Source of the DNA: a bacterium
GTDB taxonomy: Bacteria > Bacteroidota > Bacteroidia > Chitinophagales > Chitinophagaceae
NCBI GenBank assembly: GCA_046303675.1
Contig: JBKCFW010000192.1
Coordinates: 4,021 to 68,020, forward strand
DNA: 64,000 nucleotides
Direction: 5' to 3'
The notes beneath the pieces are model-generated. The model saw only the letters and a list, made by a program, of their open reading frames with translations, was not told the DNA's origin and did no database searches. Position numbers and translations under genes: made by a program. This document shows positions 18,704 through 27,239 of this stretch, in pieces (within the stretch, counting starts at the first letter, position 1; the number at the start of each line of letters is the position of its first letter).

Positions 18704-19153
18704 ATGAAACTGCACACATTAAGGCCCGCAAAAGGAGCCACAAAAAAAGAGAAAAGAATTGGTCGTGGTGAAGCTTCCGGTCATGGAGGTACATCAACAC
18801 AAGGTAACAAAGGAGCCCAGGCTCGTACAGGACATAAGAACAAGAAAGGTCACGAGGGTGGCCAGATGCCGATACAACGTCGTATACCAAAAGTTGGATT
18901 TAAGAATGCTGCTCGTGTAGAATACAAAGTGTTCAACCTCGGACAGGTTGAGTCATTGGTTGAGAAGTACAACTTGTCTGATTTTGGCATGGAAACACTT
19001 TATATCAATGGACTGATCAGTCGTACTGATAAAGTCAAAATACTTGGTAATGGCGCAATCACTAAAAAGGTTGCTTTCAAAGTCAATGCCGCAAGCCAAA
19101 AAGCCAAGTCTATTATTGAGGCTGCAGGCGGTTCCGTTGAAATCATTAAATAA
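18704..19153 (+). CDS. rplO: 50S ribosomal protein L15
   Basis: 149 aa. L..L.PA.GA.K..KR.GRG..SG.G.T..G.KG...R.G, GGQMP..RR.PK.GF. Confidence 0.98.
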   Translation: MKLHTLRPAKGATKKEKRIGRGEASGHGGTSTQGNKGAQARTGHKNKKGHEGGQMPIQRRIPKVGFKNAARVEYKVFNLGQVESLVEKYNLSDFGMETLYINGLISRTDKVKILGNGAITKKVAFKVNAASQKAKSIIEAAGGSVEIIK

Positions 19154-19209
19154 TTTCCGATATTTAATGGGTCAGGCCGAAAACATTAAAACGGACTAAA
19201 TATTTTCCA

Positions 19210-20544
19210 GTGAAGAAACTCATCCAAACAATAAAAAATATCTGGGCGATCGATGAGCTCAGAAATAAAATCGGGATCACACTCTTGTTGGTTCTTGTAT
19301 ACCGATTCGGCTCTCATGTTGCGTTGCCGGGTATCGACCCTAACAAGCTTGATCTTGAAAGTGCAAAAAAAGGATTGCTTGGTCTTTTCGACACCTTCGC
19401 TGGAGGATCTTTTTCCAATGCCTCAATATTTGCTCTTGGTATCATGCCGTACATATCGGCTTCTATTTTCATGCAGTTGATGACCATCCTGGTTCCTCAG
19501 ATGCAGAAGATTCAAAAGGAGGGGGATAGTGGAAGAAAGAAGATCAATCAGTGGACCAGATACCTCACCGCACTTGTTACGGTCTTTCAAGCCGCAGCGT
19601 ATGTTGCATACCTGAAAAACGTTAGCAGAGATGCCTTGATCGAAGCTTATCAACCCTATTTCTGGTTGTCAACAGTAATTGTTCTTACTGCTGGTACGCT
19701 TTTCGTGATGTGGCTTGGTGAGAAAATTCAAGATAAAGGTTTAGGAAACGGAACCTCCATCATCATCATGGTTGGTATCCTTGCTCGTCTGCCTCAATCT
19801 TTCATTGGTGAGTTTGCTGCAAAGCAAACACGTGGTGGAGGCGGACTCCTGTTATTCTTGATTGAAATTGCTTTCCTGATCATTATTATACTTGGTCTTA
19901 TTCTTCTTGTTCAAGGTGTCAGGAAAGTGCCTATCAGTTATGCAAAGCAGTTGGTTGGTAACAGGGCACTGTCAGGAGCAAGACAATTCCTGCCGTTGAA
20001 AGTGAATGCATCCGGTGTGATGCCGATCATCTTCGCACAAGCCATCATGTTTCTCCCTACCTTGTTTTCATTTACCAATATTGAATCAGGAAAAGGTATC
20101 GCAAGGATATTCAATGATCCAAGCAATATCTGGTATATGCTTATCTATGTAATCATGGTTATCGCCTTTACCTTCTTGTATACGGCGTTGATATTTAATC
20201 CCAAGCAGATGGCCGACAACCTGAAGCAGAACAACGGCTTCATACCTGGTGTAAAACCCGGACAACCTACTGCTGATTATATTGGACAGGTGATGGACCG
20301 CATCACACTGCCAGGTGCAGTGTTTCTTGCACTCATCGGTATACTTCCCGGCATTGCACAACAAGTTGGAGTTACACAGTCATTTGCTTCCTTTTTTGGA
20401 GGTACTTCTTTGCTGATCATGGTGGGTGTGATACTTGATACCTTGCAACAGATCGAAACACATCTCCTCATGCGTCAGTATGATGGACTGATGTCCGGTG
20501 GTCGTATACAAGGCAGACAAGCTGCAACTACTTCTACGATCTAG
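19210..20544 (+). CDS. secY: preprotein translocase subunit SecY (GTG start)
   Basis: 444 aa with 10 predicted hydrophobic segments. LRNKI..TL.LL.VYRFG..V.LPGID, GIMPYISASI. Confidence 0.98.
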   Translation: MKKLIQTIKNIWAIDELRNKIGITLLLVLVYRFGSHVALPGIDPNKLDLESAKKGLLGLFDTFAGGSFSNASIFALGIMPYISASIFMQLMTILVPQMQKIQKEGDSGRKKINQWTRYLTALVTVFQAAAYVAYLKNVSRDALIEAYQPYFWLSTVIVLTAGTLFVMWLGEKIQDKGLGNGTSIIIMVGILARLPQSFIGEFAAKQTRGGGGLLLFLIEIAFLIIIILGLILLVQGVRKVPISYAKQLVGNRALSGARQFLPLKVNASGVMPIIFAQAIMFLPTLFSFTNIESGKGIARIFNDPSNIWYMLIYVIMVIAFTFLYTALIFNPKQMADNLKQNNGFIPGVKPGQPTADYIGQVMDRITLPGAVFLALIGILPGIAQQVGVTQSFASFFGGTSLLIMVGVILDTLQQIETHLLMRQYDGLMSGGRIQGRQAATTSTI

Positions 20545-20545
20545 T

Positions 20546-21346
20546 ATGATCCACATAAAAACGAACGCGGAAATTGAACTTATCCGTGAAAGTGCACTCT
20601 TGGTAAGCGAGACACTCGCTCACTTGGCTTCATTTATCAAGCCCGGCATCACTACTGAATTGCTCGATAAGCGTGCGGAAGAATTCATCACCGACAACGG
20701 AGCTGTTCCCTCTTTTAAGCATTACAAAGGCTATCCATATGCTACCTGCATTTCAGTGAATGATGCGGTTGTTCATGGCTTTCCTAATAAGAAAGAACTT
20801 AAAGAAGGTGATCTTGTATCGATCGACGTGGGTGTATACAAGAATGGTTTTCATGGCGACAGCGCTTACACTTTTGGAATACAACCTGTTTTGGAAGAAC
20901 ACCAGTTATTGATGAAGGTAACTCGTGACTCTTTGTTGCTTGGAATAGAAAAAGCTGTTGCTGGCAATAGAATTGGTGATATTGCATCTGCCATACAAGA
21001 TCACACAGAGCGTAAATATCATTTTGGTGTTGTAAGGGAATTGGTAGGGCATGGACTAGGAAAGCATTTGCATGAGGATCCTCAGGTTCCAAACTATGGT
21101 AAAAAAGGAAGCGGCCCTAAGCTGAGGGAAAATATGGTCCTTGCCATTGAGCCAATGATCAACTTGGGCACAAAGGATGTAATATATGATTCAGATGGCT
21201 GGACTGTCAGGACAAAAGATGGTAAATTCTCTGCACATTACGAGCATGATGTTTGTGTGAAGAGGGGTAAGGCCGATGTATTGTCCAGCTTCGAAAAAAT
21301 TGTTCAGTGTGAGGCGTCTAATACTTCATTGTTCAGCGGTTATTGA
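20546..21346 (+). CDS. map: type I methionine aminopeptidase
   Basis: ATG at 20546, 1 nt after the secY stop (MIHIKTNAEIELIRES...). Metal-ligand context VHGFP, DVG, GH.LG, EPM. The ORF-track start at 20498 lies inside secY. Confidence 0.96.
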   Translation: MIHIKTNAEIELIRESALLVSETLAHLASFIKPGITTELLDKRAEEFITDNGAVPSFKHYKGYPYATCISVNDAVVHGFPNKKELKEGDLVSIDVGVYKNGFHGDSAYTFGIQPVLEEHQLLMKVTRDSLLLGIEKAVAGNRIGDIASAIQDHTERKYHFGVVRELVGHGLGKHLHEDPQVPNYGKKGSGPKLRENMVLAIEPMINLGTKDVIYDSDGWTVRTKDGKFSAHYEHDVCVKRGKADVLSSFEKIVQCEASNTSLFSGY

Positions 21347-21404
21347 TCCATTCTCCGAATACTATCTCAACTTCCATTAGTTGTTGATGTTGAGCTCCAA
21401 CAAG

Positions 21405-22652
21405 ATGAACAAAAGAAAAAAATTAATTGTTATCGGCGGCGGCGCTGCAGGTTTTTTCTGTGCAATTAATGCTGCGAGGTCTTGTAATGATCTCGATGTC
21501 ATGATCCTGGAAAAAACAACAAAACTATTGACAAAGGTGAAGGTTAGTGGCGGCGGCAGATGCAATGTTACCCATCAGTCGGAAGCGGTTGAAGACATGA
21601 TCGATGCTTATCCGCGCGGCAAATATTTCGTCAAAAAAACATTGCACCAATTTTCATCATCAGATACTATCACGTGGTTCAATGATCGAGGAGTGAAGAT
21701 AAAAGAAGAACCAGATGGCAGAATGTTCCCTGAATCTGATCAGTCACAAACCATCATTGATTGTCTGATGATGGAAGCTGAGAAATACGGAGTATCCATA
21801 AAAACAAAGGCAGAAGTTACATCGGTTTCAAAGGGGAATGAGTTTTTTGAAATTGCCATTACTGATGAGCATAAGAAGGACTCGATTTATCAAGCCAACT
21901 ATTTGTGTATTGCCGTTGGTGGATATCCCAAAGAAAATGGATTTGAATGGTTAAGGCAACTTGGCCTTGGCATTGTTCCTCCCGTTCCTTCTTTATTTAC
22001 GTTCAACATACCCGATAAAAACTTGCATCAATTGATGGGGGTCTCTAACAAGGATACAATTGTTAAAGTCACGAAGTTGAAAATGCAGGAAGAGGGACCC
22101 GTACTTATTACACATTGGGGACTAAGTGGTCCGGCGATCCTAAAGTTGTCATCCAGGGCTGCCAGGGAGCTTCATGAGATGAACTATTCCTTTGAAATTG
22201 TACTGAACTGGGTACCCTCTTTTCATGAGAGTGCTATGCTGGAAAATCTTAAAACTTATAAAACCCTCAATACCAGACAATATATCCACTCTAAAAATCC
22301 ATTTGAGCTGACATCCAGACTCTGGAACTACTTACTGGGGAAAGCAGGGGTGACTCAGGAAACTACCTGGGCAAATATACCCCAGGCCCTTATGGTAAAA
22401 TTGTCCAAGACACTTTGTGGCGACACCTACCAAGTTGAGGGCAAAACGACCTTCAAGGAGGAGTTTGTCACTGCCGGTGGCATCAGGTTGGATGAAATTG
22501 ATCCTGCCACCATGCAGAGTAAGAAGGTTCCAGGACTGTTCTTTGCCGGTGAGGTAATGGATGTTGATGGGGTCACTGGCGGGTATAATTTTCAGCATGC
22601 ATGGTCTAGTGGTTGGATCGCGGCAAATGCCATATGCAACCTGGTAAAGTAG
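21405..22652 (+). CDS. NAD(P)/FAD-dependent oxidoreductase, HI0933/BaiN-like flavoprotein
   Basis: LIVIGGGAAGFF dinucleotide fold, VSGGGRCN, and a C-terminal GLFFAGEV.DVDG.TGGYNFQ.AWSSG. Confidence 0.85.
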   Translation: MNKRKKLIVIGGGAAGFFCAINAARSCNDLDVMILEKTTKLLTKVKVSGGGRCNVTHQSEAVEDMIDAYPRGKYFVKKTLHQFSSSDTITWFNDRGVKIKEEPDGRMFPESDQSQTIIDCLMMEAEKYGVSIKTKAEVTSVSKGNEFFEIAITDEHKKDSIYQANYLCIAVGGYPKENGFEWLRQLGLGIVPPVPSLFTFNIPDKNLHQLMGVSNKDTIVKVTKLKMQEEGPVLITHWGLSGPAILKLSSRAARELHEMNYSFEIVLNWVPSFHESAMLENLKTYKTLNTRQYIHSKNPFELTSRLWNYLLGKAGVTQETTWANIPQALMVKLSKTLCGDTYQVEGKTTFKEEFVTAGGIRLDEIDPATMQSKKVPGLFFAGEVMDVDGVTGGYNFQHAWSSGWIAANAICNLVK

Positions 22653-22719
22653 CCTACTAAGACCGACTAAAAAACCTTAAAAATCCCTTTATTTTATAGG
22701 CTGTAATGCAGAATTCCTC

Positions 22720-22734
22720 TACCTTTGCCGTCCC
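22720..22734 (+). promoter_or_regulatory. rpsA promoter -7 box with GC-rich extension (TACCTTTGCCGTCCC)
   Basis: Exact TAnnTTTG match. The 15-mer is identical to the one at the rpsL promoter (5650-5664). Confidence 0.6.
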
Positions 22735-22771
22735 CAAATCAGCCTGACAAAACAGGTTGAAATTCAAACAA

Positions 22772-22778
22772 AAGGAGG
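22772..22778 (+). promoter_or_regulatory. canonical Shine-Dalgarno AAGGAGG 9 nt upstream of the rpsA GTG start
   Basis: Read directly: aaAAGGAGGaaataaataGTG. An in-frame TAA at 22782-22784 excludes any upstream start. Confidence 0.6.
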
Positions 22779-22787
22779 AAATAAATA

Positions 22788-24608
22788 GTGGAAGAAAACA
22801 ACACACTAGCAAATCCGTCAACTGTCTCCGCACACGATGATTTCGATTGGAGCATTGACAAGCGCAATGTTGCCCGTTACAACAACGAGGAACAACAAAA
22901 GTATGATGCCGTTTATGAAGGCACGTTCAAGCAGATCACAGATGGCGAAATGATTCAGGGTACGGTCGTTGGACTTACCAAAACTGATGTCGTTATCAAC
23001 ATCGGCTTCAAGAGTGATGGTCTCGTTTCATTGAATGAATTCAGAGATCTTCAAGGTCTGAAGACTGGTGATGTGGTTGAAGTAATGGTGGTAGAAAAAG
23101 AAGACCGTGAAGGTCACTTGCATCTCAGCAGGAAGCAAGCGCGTATCACACGTGCTTGGGAACGCATTGTTGAAATGCACAAAACTGGTGAAGTAGTTAC
23201 CGGTTTTGTTACCAGCAAAACTAAGGGAGGTCTTATCGTAGACATCCTTGGCATGGAAACATTCTTGCCAGGTTCTCAAATTGATGTTAATCCTGTGACA
23301 GACTACGATCAATTCGTAGGTAAGTCTATGGAGTTCAAGATCGTGAAGATCAACGAAACCATCAAGAATGCTGTTGTTTCTCACAAGGCACTTATTGAAA
23401 GTGATATTGAAGCACAGCGAGCTGAGATCATGGGTAAATTGGAAAAAGGTCAGGTACTTGAAGGTACTATCAAGAACATCACCGATTTTGGAGCATTCCT
23501 TGATCTTGGTGGAGTTGATGGACTTCTATACATCACTGATATTAGCTGGGGTCGTATTAATCATCCGTCAGAGGTTCTCAAACTTGATCAGAAGATCAAC
23601 GTTGTTGTACTCGATTTCGATGATGAAAAACGCAGGATCAGCCTGGGTCTTAAGCAATTGACACCTCATCCATGGGATACACTTTCTGCAGACATAGTGG
23701 AAGGCGCAACTGTTAAGGGTAAGGTAGTGAACATCGAAGATTATGGTGCATTCCTTGAGATCACTCCAGGTGTTGAAGGACTTGTGCACGTGAGTGAAAT
23801 CACATGGGCAAACACGCCAGTCAACGCCAAAGAATTCTTTAAGTTGGGTGACGATTATGAAGCAAAAGTTGTAACACTTGACAAGGATAGTCGTAAGATG
23901 AGCCTCTCAATTAAACAACTGACTTCAGATCCTTGGGATATTATCGAAGATAAATTCCCTGTTGGTAGTCGCCATAGCGGACTAGTTAAAAACATCACTC
24001 CATACGGCGTTTTTGTTGAGCTTGAGCCAGGTATAGGTGGCATGATCCACATCAGTGACTTGAGTTGGTTGAAGCGATTCAATCATCCTACTGAGTTCAC
24101 AAAATCAGGTAGTCATATTGATGTGATCATCCTTAACATTGATAAGGAGAATAGGAAACTTCAACTCGGCCATAAACAGCTTGAAGAAGATCCTTGGAAT
24201 TCACTTCAAGAAACTTTCGCTATTGGTTCTATTCACGAAGGAACTGTGGTCAAGAAGGATGATAAAGGAGCTGTCGTTCAGCTACCTTATGGTCTGGAAG
24301 GATTTGCTCCTGCACGTCATCTTGCAAAAGAAGATGGAAAAACAATCGGCGCTGATGAAACTGCCCAATTCATGGTGATTGAATTTGATCGCAATGAAAA
24401 GAGGATCGTGTTGAGTCATGCTCGTATCTGGGAGCAAGTGATCGTGGATGAGAAAGAAGCAGCGAACAAGGAAAAGAAAGCCGAAGCAGCTAAAACCAAA
24501 AAAGCTGTAAAGGATATTCAAGGGAAGGTTGAAAAAACCACACTTGGAGATCTTGGTGTTCTTGCTGAGCTGAAGAAGAAAATGGAAGACGGAGAGGAAG
24601 CAAACTAA
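22788..24608 (+). CDS. rpsA: 30S ribosomal protein S1 (GTG start)
   Basis: 606 aa with six S1/OB repeats (recurrent G.V..I..FGAF..L..G..GL.H.S). Confidence 0.97.
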   Translation: MEENNTLANPSTVSAHDDFDWSIDKRNVARYNNEEQQKYDAVYEGTFKQITDGEMIQGTVVGLTKTDVVINIGFKSDGLVSLNEFRDLQGLKTGDVVEVMVVEKEDREGHLHLSRKQARITRAWERIVEMHKTGEVVTGFVTSKTKGGLIVDILGMETFLPGSQIDVNPVTDYDQFVGKSMEFKIVKINETIKNAVVSHKALIESDIEAQRAEIMGKLEKGQVLEGTIKNITDFGAFLDLGGVDGLLYITDISWGRINHPSEVLKLDQKINVVVLDFDDEKRRISLGLKQLTPHPWDTLSADIVEGATVKGKVVNIEDYGAFLEITPGVEGLVHVSEITWANTPVNAKEFFKLGDDYEAKVVTLDKDSRKMSLSIKQLTSDPWDIIEDKFPVGSRHSGLVKNITPYGVFVELEPGIGGMIHISDLSWLKRFNHPTEFTKSGSHIDVIILNIDKENRKLQLGHKQLEEDPWNSLQETFAIGSIHEGTVVKKDDKGAVVQLPYGLEGFAPARHLAKEDGKTIGADETAQFMVIEFDRNEKRIVLSHARIWEQVIVDEKEAANKEKKAEAAKTKKAVKDIQGKVEKTTLGDLGVLAELKKKMEDGEEAN

Positions 24609-24632
24609 TTCAGTCTTTCTTAATACAATGAA

Positions 24633-24664
24633 GGTCCTGTGCAGCAATGCGCAGGACCTTTTTT
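24633..24664 (+). terminator. strong rho-independent terminator after rpsA (abuts the stop of the convergent HAD gene)
   Basis: About 10-12-bp stem aaggtcctgtgc/gcgcaggacctt with a 6-nt loop, followed by TTTTTT. Confidence 0.85.
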
Positions 24665-25326
24665 CATAATATGAGTTGTTTAAGTTTTCCCTCATTCAAT
24701 GCGGAAAGCGTATTTAATTTCAGGTCTGCAACACTCCACTTCATTTCATGGAATTGCTCAGGATGAGGGACCAATATGCATTTCATTCGGGCGGCCTTAG
24801 CGGCTATTAATCCGTTGAAAGAGTCTTCGAAGCAAAGGCACTCAACGGGTAAGCTGTTTAATTCAGTTGCACAGTTTAAAAATACCTGTGGATGGGGCTT
24901 CCCGAAAGGCAAATGTTCAGCAGAGGTAGCGATTGTAAAGACGTCTTTTAAATTGATTTTTTCCAGCACCGTATTAATGATCGCCATGGGGGATGAGCTG
25001 GCGAGGCCTACCTTGAGACCTGACTTTTTTATTATTTCAATTACATGATCAACGCCTTCCATGGCAGTCCCACGATCTTTTATTTTCTGTATCACTCTTT
25101 CGGTGATATCTGACTCTGTTTCTCCGATCGATATCTGGTCAATGCCAAAAACGGAGAACCAATACTGGAGGAATTCTTTTGTTCTCAATCCTGTAGTTTG
25201 ATTGTATTCTTCTTGATTGATGTGAATATCAAACCTTGCCATGCTCTCCAGTGCTGCCTCATACCATAGCGGTTCGGAGTCGATAAGTAGACCATCCATG
25301 TCAAAAATGGCAGTTGTGATTTTCAT
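24664..25326 (-). CDS. HAD-superfamily sugar-phosphate phosphatase (beta-phosphoglucomutase/YniC-like)
   Basis: 220 aa. Motif I AIFDMDGLLIDSE, then ...ASSS..., and a C-terminal ..EDS.NG..AAKAA. Confidence 0.85.
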   Translation of the reverse strand: MKITTAIFDMDGLLIDSEPLWYEAALESMARFDIHINQEEYNQTTGLRTKEFLQYWFSVFGIDQISIGETESDITERVIQKIKDRGTAMEGVDHVIEIIKKSGLKVGLASSSPMAIINTVLEKINLKDVFTIATSAEHLPFGKPHPQVFLNCATELNSLPVECLCFEDSFNGLIAAKAARMKCILVPHPEQFHEMKWSVADLKLNTLSALNEGKLKQLIL

Positions 25327-25448
25327 TTAAACAATTTTACGGGCGAAGGTAATGCATAATATATTTGTTCATTTTGGCAAGCATGGGTTTGTGACAAAGC
25401 ATAAACGGGATGCTTCTATTGTATGAATTATGCTTATATTGAAAAACT

Positions 25449-26207
25449 ATGATAACCAACAAACTGAAGGAACTGAGGCTGGTTCGGAAAATATTTTATG
25501 CTGTGATAGGAATCTTCACCTACCCGGGGTTGGCTATTATTAATCGAATATGCATTAAAGGGACAGAACATCTAAAAGAACTGCCTAAGAAGAACGTTTT
25601 ATTTGTAAGCAATCATCAGACTTATTTTGCAGACGTGATTGCCTTTCTTCATATTTTTTGTGCGGTTAAATGGAGGAAGCAAAACAAACTTGGGATACCT
25701 TATTATTTATTGAATCCTTTTGTTAATGTCAATTTCGTTGCAGCCGAGGAAACGATGAAGGATAACCTATTGACCAGACTTTTCAAGTTGGGTGGTGCCA
25801 TCACCATTAAAAGAACCTGGCGTGCTGCAGGAAAAGATATCAAACGGGACGTTGATTCAGCTGATTACGGAAAGATCTATGCTGCATTGAAGAAAAGATG
25901 GGTGATCACTTTTCCCCAAGGAACAACAAAGCCTTTCGCTCCGGGGAGGAAAGGTACCGCTCATATCATAAAAGAAATGAAGCCAGTTGTAGTTCCCGTT
26001 GTGATCAATGGATTCTGGCGTGCGTTTAACAGGAAAGGTTTGGCTTTCAAGAAGAAAAACACCTTGTTGACGATTCGATTCAAGGCACCACTGGAAATTG
26101 ACTATAATCAAAGTGTTGAAGATATTTTAGAACATATCATGGATGCCATCGAACAAAGCAAACAGTTCATGCTGATGGGGAAGCACCATGTTGCCAGCAA
26201 TATATAG
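25449..26207 (+). CDS. lysophospholipid (1-acylglycerol-3-phosphate) acyltransferase family protein
   Basis: 252 aa. N-terminal hydrophobic segment, an NHQTYFAD catalytic block (H-x5-D here rather than the usual H-x4-D), and FPQGTT. Confidence 0.75.
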   Translation: MITNKLKELRLVRKIFYAVIGIFTYPGLAIINRICIKGTEHLKELPKKNVLFVSNHQTYFADVIAFLHIFCAVKWRKQNKLGIPYYLLNPFVNVNFVAAEETMKDNLLTRLFKLGGAITIKRTWRAAGKDIKRDVDSADYGKIYAALKKRWVITFPQGTTKPFAPGRKGTAHIIKEMKPVVVPVVINGFWRAFNRKGLAFKKKNTLLTIRFKAPLEIDYNQSVEDILEHIMDAIEQSKQFMLMGKHHVASNI

Positions 26208-26213
26208 CTGGGG

Positions 26214-26726
26214 CTACTTTACGAAAAGGGCTTTCAACTCAGTTGCCTCGTCAGGCCGCATTTTTTTTGCAAGCACAAGTCTCAATTGTCTGCGTCTTAA
26301 TGCACCTTCAAATAATTTGACCTCTTCATCACTTTCAGGGATCAATTCAGGAACCTTGCGCGGTCTGCCCTCTGAATCTATTGCAACGAATGTAAAATAA
26401 GCCTCATTGCTTTTGTATTTGTAATTCTTAGTGAGGTCTTCTCCCCACACATTGATATGTATCTCCATGGAGGTGTTGAAGGCCCTCGTTACTGTTGCTT
26501 CAATGTGTACCACGTTTCCAAGTCTGATTGGCTCGTCGAAGGATAGATTATCAACTGATACAGTTGCCGCCGGAAGCTTACAGTGTTTTCCTGCTGCCAT
26601 GGCAGCAGCTGTATCCATCCAATACATCAGCCTGCCTCCCATGAGGTTTCCATAGAAATTGGTATCGTTTGGGAACACCAATTCAGACATGAAGACTTTT
26701 GTTTCCGATGCTTTTTTTGCAGTCAT
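26214..26726 (-). CDS. acyl-CoA thioesterase (hotdog fold, YciA/BFIT-like)
   Basis: 170 aa. ELVFPNDTN..GNLMGG.LM.WMD.AA. Confidence 0.85.
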   Translation of the reverse strand: MTAKKASETKVFMSELVFPNDTNFYGNLMGGRLMYWMDTAAAMAAGKHCKLPAATVSVDNLSFDEPIRLGNVVHIEATVTRAFNTSMEIHINVWGEDLTKNYKYKSNEAYFTFVAIDSEGRPRKVPELIPESDEEVKLFEGALRRRQLRLVLAKKMRPDEATELKALFVK

Positions 26727-26750
26727 AAGATCTGATTTATATATTGAATC

Positions 26751-27239
26751 TTAGCCTCTGATAATTTTTTTGTCTCTGAGCAACTTCAAAGTTAGTGGAT
26801 CCCCGGGTAGATTATTTGAAAAACTGACCATGTTACATAAATGCATTATATGGTCGCCTGCGTCTAATGTTTCGATAGTAGTCAATTCCATGTATGCAAG
26901 GGCATCTTTGAGCACGTCGAATTCTTTCCACGTGGAAAGCAATCCGCGTTTATTTAATCTGCTGATTTTATCGATCTGATGCCCGGAGGATTGCCCCAGC
27001 AACTTGATCAGGTTAAATTGCGACCTCGACAGGAGTTGTAGTACGAAATGAGGATTTTTCTTGACAAGTTCAATCGTTTTTGTACCCTTGTATATTGCAA
27101 CCATCATTCTTTTGGGATCCATGCTCACTGCCGAAACATAGGTGCAAATATGCATGTTTGATTCCTGTTGATGGCAAGAACTGATGCTGTAAATAGGAAG
27201 ATCAACTCTGTTCCATGGCCTTTTCATGTTCTTTGTCAA
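26751..27239 (-). CDS. flavin reductase-like (FMN-binding split-barrel) domain protein
   Basis: 162 aa. Pattern ...NMHICTYVSAVSMDPKRMMVAIYKGTKTIELV..NP.FVLQLL...Q..L...LG..SG...DK. Its start overlaps the 3' end of the photolyase-like gene. Confidence 0.7.
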   Translation of the reverse strand: MTKNMKRPWNRVDLPIYSISSCHQQESNMHICTYVSAVSMDPKRMMVAIYKGTKTIELVKKNPHFVLQLLSRSQFNLIKLLGQSSGHQIDKISRLNKRGLLSTWKEFDVLKDALAYMELTTIETLDAGDHIMHLCNMVSFSNNLPGDPLTLKLLRDKKIIRG

